Assembly (NCBI GenBank): GCA_027031765.1
Contig: JALVPN010000127.1
Location: 1 to 12,591 of the forward strand
Origin: Promethearchaeota archaeon
GTDB taxonomy: Archaea; Asgardarchaeota; Thorarchaeia; Thorarchaeales; Thorarchaeaceae
Length of the DNA stretch: 12,591 nucleotides
Reading direction: 5' to 3'
Numbering within the stretch: position 1 is the stretch's first letter; each line of letters starts with the position of its first letter. The position numbers and the translations under genes are program-made. Shown piece by piece: positions 6,970 to 12,591 of this stretch. The notes beneath the pieces are model-generated. The model did no database searches. It saw nothing but the letters and a program-made list of their open reading frames with translations, and was not told where the DNA came from.

Positions 6970-7986
6970 ATGAAAGATGGTGCCCAAGGCTTGGGCGTGC
7001 GGAGTACCACTCAGATGTATGTCCGAATCCACGCAGTACTGTTCGTCATCATCTGTTCAACACTGTTCGCACAGTCGTATGTGCTCGTGGTATCAGGCCC
7101 ACACTGCCCGTGCAACCCGCACCCGCGGATTACAGCGCCAACTGAGTTCATCGCAGACTCGACAGGCCCGCTCCATTTCAACCTCACCCATTATTCCCGT
7201 TGGAACCGTACTCTGACGCCAGTGCACCCGGGTGACTCGATTCAGGGTGACCATATTGTCCTCAATGCGACTTGGCAAGGAACCGGTACACCAAACAGGA
7301 CCCGAATAGAGGTGCATGCCAGTGCTATCCCCTCTGTAATTACCAATGAAACGGCCGGCCCGTCAGTGGAGATTGACACGCGGAACCTAGGCAATAATGC
7401 CACATGTACAATCAACATGACAGTCCTGTTTCTCAACGGCACGGTGTACTTTGAAACGGTCGAGGATGTCTTTCTAGGGAACTTCTTTGTCCCCCACATC
7501 ATCGTGCTAAGTCCGAATGGTGGCGAGGTCTGGACTGGCCGCAACAATGTAACATGGTATGCATGGGACAACAACACTGATGAAACCCTCACATTTGAGG
7601 TGTTGTTCTCCTCGGATGCCGGCATGACATTCCAGCTGCTGGCCGTGGGGATTACCGACTTCTGGTACGAGTGGGACTGTTCAGGCTTTCTGAACCTGAG
7701 CACCTATGTGGTTGAGGTACGTGTTTCAGACGGGATATACCGGTCTTTTGACAGGTCTGACGCCACATTCAGAGCTGGAGACGTGCCACCCACAACGACG
7801 ACGACGACGACAACCACCACAACGACGACGACGACAACCACCACAACGACGACGACGACAACCACCACAACGACAGCGACGGTCCACGAGCCGACCCTGA
7901 CGACTGCAGTGGTCATTGCAGTTTCAATAATCGCCAGTGCGTTCCTTGCGCTTACCGTCTACTATGTCGCGAAGACGCGTTTATGA
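6970..7986 (+). CDS. Secreted, C-terminally anchored surface glycoprotein with a poly-Thr linker
   Basis: N-terminal hydrophobic signal-like segment, beta-rich ectodomain with VLSPNGGEVW (seen in Ser/Thr-rich surface-protein Ig-like domains), 11 N-x-S/T sequons, 28 consecutive Thr, C-terminal TM helix and basic tail AKTRL. Start is ATG 6970 or 7015; ATG 6883 would overlap the upstream gene by 70 nt. Confidence 0.82.
   Translation: MKDGAQGLGVRSTTQMYVRIHAVLFVIICSTLFAQSYVLVVSGPHCPCNPHPRITAPTEFIADSTGPLHFNLTHYSRWNRTLTPVHPGDSIQGDHIVLNATWQGTGTPNRTRIEVHASAIPSVITNETAGPSVEIDTRNLGNNATCTINMTVLFLNGTVYFETVEDVFLGNFFVPHIIVLSPNGGEVWTGRNNVTWYAWDNNTDETLTFEVLFSSDAGMTFQLLAVGITDFWYEWDCSGFLNLSTYVVEVRVSDGIYRSFDRSDATFRAGDVPPTTTTTTTTTTTTTTTTTTTTTTTTTTTTATVHEPTLTTAVVIAVSIIASAFLALTVYYVAKTRL
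7792..7875 (+). repeat. Poly-Thr coding tandem repeat containing three exact copies of a 24-bp unit
   Basis: ACGACGACGACGACAACCACCACA occurs at 7798-7821, 7822-7845 and 7846-7869, inside 28 consecutive ACN codons. Confidence 0.95.
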
Positions 7987-8132
7987 TGCACTTCACCCCT
8001 GGTTCCCGGCAAAGGTGGTAAGGGGGTGTTTCGGGACTCACTCCCATCACTGTCCGTCTGGCTGTTGGGCGGCCATTGCGTCGCAGCACATACGTACGAA
8101 CCATTGCTCGTGGGGTCTCGATAGGCGGGGTG

Positions 8133-9029
8133 TTACCCGAGCACCTTGCGGAGCACCGGCTCGGTGCTGACAACATGTTTGTGGAGCCCGAGTTCCTTTG
8201 GTCCGAGTCCCATTGCGAGACCGAGCAGTTGTGTATAGTACACCACAGGGAGCCGATATCTCTCTTCTCCGAGCTCCTTGTTCAGCTGTGCTTGTGACAT
8301 CTCGAACTGCAGGTGGCAAAACGAGCACACGTTCAAAACACAGTCTGCACCAGCCTCAAGCACGTTGTCAATCTTCTCCTGCGCGATATCCACACTGACC
8401 GGGACATTGCTGCCCCTCACACCGCCCCCGGCCCCACAGCACTGGAACTTGTCCTTGTACTTCACACTGTGAGCGCCGGTGGCCTCGACCAGCTCGTCCA
8501 AGAAAGTCGGTCTGGCCGATTTCTTCCAGGGCCGGAGCACACTCGGTTTCAAGAGGTGGCACCCATAGTGTACGGCCACCTCAAGACCGTCCAGTGGGCG
8601 CACGACCTTCTCACGGATAGCGTCAGGCCCCAGGTCATAGACCACCTCAATGAGATGCTTTGCATCGGCCTCGGCACGGTACCGCAGTCCCAGTCCCTTG
8701 AACACCTTCTGTACGTCCCGCAGCTTCTCCGGGTGCTCGTGTACGATGTGTAGGGCCTCCTTGAATGTGCCGTAGCAGCCGTTGCACCCTGTAATAATGT
8801 CGTGTCCAGCTTTCTCCGCGAGTGCGAGGTTCCGCGAGGCTAGGGCCAGCCAGGTCGGTTCGTCAAACGAGCGTATCACGCCCGGCGCAGGACAACAACT
8901 GGCCCCCTCCAACTCCTCAAGATGGATACCGAGTCTCGGGAGCACCTCCCGGATTGACTTCTCCACATTTGGGAACCGGTTCGGCATCACACAACCGAGG
9001 AAGAACGAGTACGTCTGGCTCACAGTCAT
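8133..9029 (-). CDS. hdrB: Heterodisulfide reductase subunit B, copy 1
   Basis: Two CCG domains with all ten Cys: FLGCVMPNRF, ASCCPAPG, GCNGC, HYGCH, QCCGAGGG and VCSFCHLQF. Confidence 0.93.
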   Translation of the reverse strand: MTVSQTYSFFLGCVMPNRFPNVEKSIREVLPRLGIHLEELEGASCCPAPGVIRSFDEPTWLALASRNLALAEKAGHDIITGCNGCYGTFKEALHIVHEHPEKLRDVQKVFKGLGLRYRAEADAKHLIEVVYDLGPDAIREKVVRPLDGLEVAVHYGCHLLKPSVLRPWKKSARPTFLDELVEATGAHSVKYKDKFQCCGAGGGVRGSNVPVSVDIAQEKIDNVLEAGADCVLNVCSFCHLQFEMSQAQLNKELGEERYRLPVVYYTQLLGLAMGLGPKELGLHKHVVSTEPVLRKVLG

Positions 9030-9032
9030 CCC

Positions 9033-9578
9033 CTAGTCCTCCTCTCCTTGCCCTTCAATGAGGGCCGTGAACCCTGTCCTCCTCATGATTTCCTGCACCT
9101 GCTCCAAGGCATCGGGGTGTGAGTGTACAGTCGGGGGGACTCGGTCGAGTCCCAGCTCCTCTCGCTTCGTCATGTTAGCGTCATTGATAGGTACCGCATG
9201 CCCAGTGGCTATCAGTTTCATCGACGTCTTCCTGTGCTGAGGGAGCATGAAACCCTCACGCACAGCCATGTTCCTCATGAGGATGATGGCATCGGTTGTC
9301 TTAATCTCTCTTGGACACCGTTCAAGACATGTGAAGCAGGTCGTGCACAGCCAGAGATCCGGGCTCGACAGCACTTCACCTTTCAGTCCAAGCAGGGCCT
9401 TGCGTATCAGCTCCCGTGTACGGAATGCAGTCCGCCTCCCACTCGGGCAGACACTTGAACAGGTCCCACACTGCAGGCAGGCCCTTATCCTGTCGGCACC
9501 GGCTGCAATCAGTGCATCCACGAACTCCGGGTCAATGTCATCAATGTGGATGGTCTCCCGAGCTATCGCATCCGTCAT
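9033..9578 (-). CDS. hdrC: Heterodisulfide reductase subunit C, copy 1
   Basis: CLQCGTCSSVCP, LWLCTTCFTCLERCP and TGHAVP motifs. Ends 3 nt upstream of hdrB1; TGAGGT RBS at 9585-9590. Confidence 0.92.
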   Translation of the reverse strand: MTDAIARETIHIDDIDPEFVDALIAAGADRIRACLQCGTCSSVCPSGRRTAFRTRELIRKALLGLKGEVLSSPDLWLCTTCFTCLERCPREIKTTDAIILMRNMAVREGFMLPQHRKTSMKLIATGHAVPINDANMTKREELGLDRVPPTVHSHPDALEQVQEIMRRTGFTALIEGQGEED

Positions 9579-9614
9579 GGAATGACCTCAAGTCCGAACG
9601 CGCGGAGTTTCACG

Positions 9615-9620
9615 ATATAA
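9615..9620 (-). promoter_or_regulatory. Putative TATA box of the hdrC1-hdrB1 operon
   Basis: TTATAT on the minus strand, about 37 nt upstream of the ATG at 9578, which is a plausible archaeal spacing for a short leader carrying an SD site. Confidence 0.6.
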
Positions 9621-9788
9621 GAGTGCTGTTACCGACAGGCCGCCCCCCATTGCAGTCGCCTGCCCGCTACCAGTATGCCAGTTTTCAATGCCAATAGGTT
9701 CATCTGCACCTGGACTGACGGACGATCGTGATGGTTCGGAGTGCTGTCCTGTGCACCACTCTGACCGCATGCATTCCCGGGCGGCTGC

Positions 9789-10889
9789 CTACTCGAAGTA
9801 GTACTGTTCTCCGGAAAGAAAGGGGGCGTTCCCAATGCGTACGTTTGTCAGCCCTGCCCCGAGCGCCTCTTCTCTGGCCGCAAGTGCATGGGCACGTGAT
9901 GTCCTGGGGAGATCCGACATCATATGGTGTGGGCTGAACCCGAGCAGCGCGGTTGGGATGGTCGGGTCACAACTGGCAATGAAGTCGCAGATCCGTCGCA
10001 CTTCCTTGGTGCCGACATAACCGGGTACGAGCAGTATGCTTGCAACAAGAAACTCTCCCTCCCGTTTCCGGCCAATCGCGGCCAAGTGCCTGAAGTTATT
10101 GATGACCGTCCTGTTCCCAATCCCCGTGAGTGCAGTGTATAATTGTGGTGTTAGTGCCTTCAGGTCGACCTTGATAGTCCCACCGCTGTCACGCACGACA
10201 TCCGTGATACGCCCAAGCCACTTCCGTGAGAGGTTCCCATTTGTTTCATAGCACACTCTCACTGCCTGCTGCTTGACCAGCGCCTCTGATGTTGCGATGG
10301 AGTGCTCAGGGTTACATGCAGGGTCGCCACCAAAGTAACACACGCAGACCGTCCTGGGACTGGCACATGCAGCCAGCTCCTCTGGTGTCATCAACGGCCG
10401 TCCGCTCCGTGTCATGGCACGGAACGTCGCGTTCTGGCAGAACAGGCAGTCCGAATTGCATGACCCATAGAACACGGCAAGGTTGTATACTGGTCGACCA
10501 ACAATACCAGTACGGGTGCCAGTCTGCAGCATCTGTGGGCACACCCAGTCTGCAACACAGTTTGTTGGCAGCGGGTCATAGTACCATGACACTATTGCCC
10601 TCCGTCCATACACCCTCTTGATGTGCCCTCCGACGGCCCTACGCAGCCCACAGAACCCCAGCTCCCCATCGTGGAGTCTGCAGTGGTTGCCGCAGTCTGG
10701 ACACACATCATTGCCGTCATGTGGCACTATGGGCACCAGTCCCTCTGCCAGGCGTCCCCTCCTGTGGGCGTCGGCTGCAGCACTGGCACAGCCCTCATCT
10801 GTGACTATGCATTCCCCGCAGAAGCCGATGGCAGCGGCGGCGGGCCGCCCCTCACGAGTGTGCCTGGGACACAACATTTGGCATCTCAT
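9789..10889 (-). CDS. Radical SAM protein, PflA/AmmeMemoRadiSam-related archaeal subfamily with a Cys-rich N-terminus; function unknown
   Basis: CxxxCxxC motif (CNSDCLFC), YFGGDP, ETNG, KVDLKA and LLVPGY, plus an N-terminal CPDCGNHC...GFCGLR. The start is probably ATG 10889 (MRCQMLC); the longer 11180 ORF would overlap hdrC2 and its promoter. Confidence 0.85.
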   Translation of the reverse strand: MRCQMLCPRHTREGRPAAAAIGFCGECIVTDEGCASAAADAHRRGRLAEGLVPIVPHDGNDVCPDCGNHCRLHDGELGFCGLRRAVGGHIKRVYGRRAIVSWYYDPLPTNCVADWVCPQMLQTGTRTGIVGRPVYNLAVFYGSCNSDCLFCQNATFRAMTRSGRPLMTPEELAACASPRTVCVCYFGGDPACNPEHSIATSEALVKQQAVRVCYETNGNLSRKWLGRITDVVRDSGGTIKVDLKALTPQLYTALTGIGNRTVINNFRHLAAIGRKREGEFLVASILLVPGYVGTKEVRRICDFIASCDPTIPTALLGFSPHHMMSDLPRTSRAHALAAREEALGAGLTNVRIGNAPFLSGEQYYFE

Positions 10890-10950
10890 GCACGGCACAA
10901 TCCCATAACTCTTTGGAGGAACACCCCGTAACGGCGGGTGCCTGCTCCGC

Positions 10951-10981
10951 TTGTCATAGGGGTGTACAACCCATTTGACAA
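10951..10981. promoter_or_regulatory. 31-bp imperfect palindrome; candidate operator in the divergent radical SAM / hdrC2 promoter
   Basis: TTGTCATAGGGGTGTACAACCCATTTGACAA: 11 of 15 symmetric positions are complementary, with perfect TTGTCA/TGACAA ends. It stops 4 nt before a TATA-like box. Confidence 0.5.
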
Positions 10982-10985
10982 TGGA

Positions 10986-10991
10986 TTTAAG
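10986..10991 (+). promoter_or_regulatory. Putative TATA box of the hdrC2-hdrB2 operon
   Basis: TTTAAG about 40 nt upstream of the GTG at 11032, with a GGTG SD-like site at 11021-11024. Confidence 0.55.
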
Positions 10992-11031
10992 GGCGAACTT
11001 CATTCGCAGCCCACCGGGCCGGTGCGTGACT

Positions 11032-11574
11032 GTGACGAGCGTTGCTGAACAACCAGTGATAGACATCGACAATACGGATACCGAGTTCGTAGAGATGATA
11101 CTCCGGACCGGGGGCCCCAATATCAGGAACTGCTTCCAATGTGGTACTTGTAGTGGCAGTTGTCCAGCCGGTGCACGCACGAACTACCTTGTCCGGGCCA
11201 TAATACGAAAGGCCCTCCTTGGCCTTAAGGACGAAGTACTGTCTGCTCCTGAACTGTGGTACTGCACTACCTGCTATACCTGTACCGACCGGTGTCCCCA
11301 GGATGTCCGTCCCACCGACGTCATCAAGGCAATCCGGAACATCGCGGTGGCTGAGGGTTACATGCTTGCCCCTCACCAGAAAGTGGCCCACAAGGTGCTG
11401 GAGGCCGGTCACGCCGTCCCCCTCGACAAGGAGTCCTGGCAGAAGTTGCGGGAGCGAGTTGGTCTCGAGCCGGTACCGCCGAACGCAAGCAGTCATCCTG
11501 AGGCCATCGAGGAGATCCGCAAGATTGCCCGGAAGACCGGCTTTGACCTCTTGGTGAAGTGGGAGGACAAATAG
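11032..11574 (+). CDS. hdrC: Heterodisulfide reductase subunit C, copy 2
   Basis: CFQCGTCSGSCP, LWYCTTCYTCTDRCP and AGHAVP motifs. The start is probably GTG 11032 or 11026; TTG 10975 lies upstream of the TATA box. Confidence 0.92.
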   Translation: MTSVAEQPVIDIDNTDTEFVEMILRTGGPNIRNCFQCGTCSGSCPAGARTNYLVRAIIRKALLGLKDEVLSAPELWYCTTCYTCTDRCPQDVRPTDVIKAIRNIAVAEGYMLAPHQKVAHKVLEAGHAVPLDKESWQKLRERVGLEPVPPNASSHPEAIEEIRKIARKTGFDLLVKWEDK

Positions 11575-11575
11575 A

Positions 11576-12493
11576 ATGTCTGACCGACCCGCCTTCTATC
11601 ACTTCTTGGGCTGCATAATCCCACACCGGTACCCCAGCATCGAGAAGGCCACCCGCCTTGTCTTTGAGGACCTCGACATGGAGCTCCTCGATATGGTGGG
11701 TGCAAGTTGCTGCCCTGCACCCGGCGTCTTCGGTTCATTCGAGCGGGTCACATGGGCGACCATTGCGGCGCGGAACCTCACGATTGCGGAGCAGGGTGGC
11801 CACCCGATTACTACCGGGTGCAATGGCTGTTTCGCCTCATTGTGGGACGCCAACCACGAGCTGAAGCACGACCCTGAACTCCGTGCTGCAGTGAACGAGA
11901 ACCTGGCTGAGATTGGCCGCGAGTTCAAGGGTGTCATTGAGGTCACCCACTACGTCGACGCCCTCTACAATTATGCGGGCCTCGATAAGATTCGGAGCCG
12001 TGTTGTCCGCCCCCTTGAAGGAGTCCGCATGGCACTCCACCCGGGCTGCCACTGGATGCGTCCAAAGCTCGTTAAGAGGAAGGACGACTCAGAACACCCA
12101 CACATCTTCAGGGAGGTCTGTGAGACCACTGGTGCCACGTATGTACCGTACAAGGACGAGCTCATGTGTTGTGGTGCCGGGGGCGCAGTCCGGACGGCTG
12201 ATGTGAAAGTGGCCCTCGACTTCACACGCCAGAAGTTCGACAGTCTGATTGCAGCAGGTGGCGCTGACCTCATAGTCACTCCGTGCCCGTTCTGTGAACT
12301 CCAACTCGACCTGGGCCAAGTGGAAATCAAGAAGCACTTCGGTCTTGACTATCACTTCGATGTGCTCCACGTATCCGAACTGCTTGCGCTCGCATTCGGG
12401 CACGAGCCTGATGAGTTCGGCCTGGCGACACACCTACAGTACCTGCAGCGCAAGTCTGAGCCGGACTGGAAGCGTCTGGGAATACGGGCATGA
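11576..12493 (+). CDS. hdrB: Heterodisulfide reductase subunit B, copy 2
   Basis: Two CCG domains with all ten Cys: FLGCIIPHRY, ASCCPAPGVFGSF, GCNGC, HPGCH, MCCGAGG and PCPFCELQL. Starts 1 nt after the hdrC2 stop. Confidence 0.93.
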   Translation: MSDRPAFYHFLGCIIPHRYPSIEKATRLVFEDLDMELLDMVGASCCPAPGVFGSFERVTWATIAARNLTIAEQGGHPITTGCNGCFASLWDANHELKHDPELRAAVNENLAEIGREFKGVIEVTHYVDALYNYAGLDKIRSRVVRPLEGVRMALHPGCHWMRPKLVKRKDDSEHPHIFREVCETTGATYVPYKDELMCCGAGGAVRTADVKVALDFTRQKFDSLIAAGGADLIVTPCPFCELQLDLGQVEIKKHFGLDYHFDVLHVSELLALAFGHEPDEFGLATHLQYLQRKSEPDWKRLGIRA

Positions 12494-12541
12494 TGTGCTC
12501 CTGTGGCGCTACGGGACTCTTTCTCGGGCCGCTGAGCACAT
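12493..12541 (+). terminator. Stem-loop immediately after the hdrB2 stop (terminator or 3' stability element)
   Basis: Nested stems ATGTGCTC/GAGCACAT (8 bp), GTGGC/GCCGC and CGGGA/TCTCG, with a CTCTT loop. There is no poly-T tail, so the function is uncertain. Confidence 0.35.
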
Positions 12542-12591
12542 GCCATGAAAGAGGGCTGCAGAGCTCTCCCTCCCGGTCATGCCCCTCATCC

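Noticed and set aside
7798-7869. 24-bp direct repeats as a mini CRISPR array
   Set aside because: The units are contiguous with no spacers, are in-frame coding sequence, and have no cas genes nearby.
7704-7916. Poly-Val antisense ORF and the Arg/Gln/Pro-repeat ORF at 7706-7900
   Set aside because: Both are alternative-frame readings of the poly-Thr repeat.
7987-8132. Weak hairpins (CACCCCT/AGGGGGTG, GGGA/TCCC) and a CCATTGC direct repeat (8073 and 8101) in the convergent intergenic region
   Set aside because: The stems are short or imperfect and expected by chance at this GC content, and there is no T-tract. They could contribute to termination, but the sequence does not support that.
9588-9770. 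60-aa minus-strand ORF in the hdrC1 upstream spacer
   Set aside because: It has no RBS or motif and runs through the hdrC1 TATA box.
10975-11031. TTG 10975 as the hdrC2 start
   Set aside because: It lies upstream of the TATA-like box. Alignment with HdrC1 and the SD-like GGTG favour GTG 11032 or 11026.
10890-11180. N-terminal extension of the radical SAM ORF to 463 aa
   Set aside because: It would overlap hdrC2 head-to-head and run through the promoter and palindrome. Recognisable family sequence begins at MRCQMLC (10889).
76-12493. Selenocysteine recoding in the hydrogenase, Hdr or Fe-S proteins
   Set aside because: Every expected ligand position is a Cys codon, and no in-frame TGA interrupts any of these genes.
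12545-12591. ATG 12545 as the start of a downstream gene such as hdrA
   Set aside because: The visible 15 codons (MKEGCRALPPGHAPH) show no HdrA-like features and are too short to call.

Overview
Archaeal central redox and energy-metabolism region. Every major gene is intact, and I see no mobile elements, CRISPR arrays, rRNAs or tRNAs. In order: (1) the 3' end of a membrane-bound group 4 [NiFe]-hydrogenase operon (NuoC-, NuoD-, NuoH- and NuoI-like subunits, in the MbhK-L-M-N order) with all four Ni-binding cysteines; (2) a convergent four-subunit 2-oxoacid:ferredoxin oxidoreductase operon (korD-A-B-C, minus strand); (3) a membrane-tethered winged-helix regulator and a surface glycoprotein with 11 N-glycosylation sequons and a 28-Thr linker built on an exact 24-bp tandem repeat; (4) two diverged, oppositely transcribed hdrC-hdrB pairs enclosing a Cys-rich radical SAM gene, with no hdrA or mvh gene in view. 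The most interesting observation is the twin HdrCB / radical SAM cassette, with a 31-bp palindrome in its divergent promoter, next to a ferredoxin-producing OFOR and a ferredoxin-consuming hydrogenase. TATA-like boxes, GGAGGTG-type ribosome-binding sites and the poly-Thr/C-terminal-anchor protein point to an anaerobic archaeon. Thorarchaeia (Asgard) is my guess, and it is an inference only.
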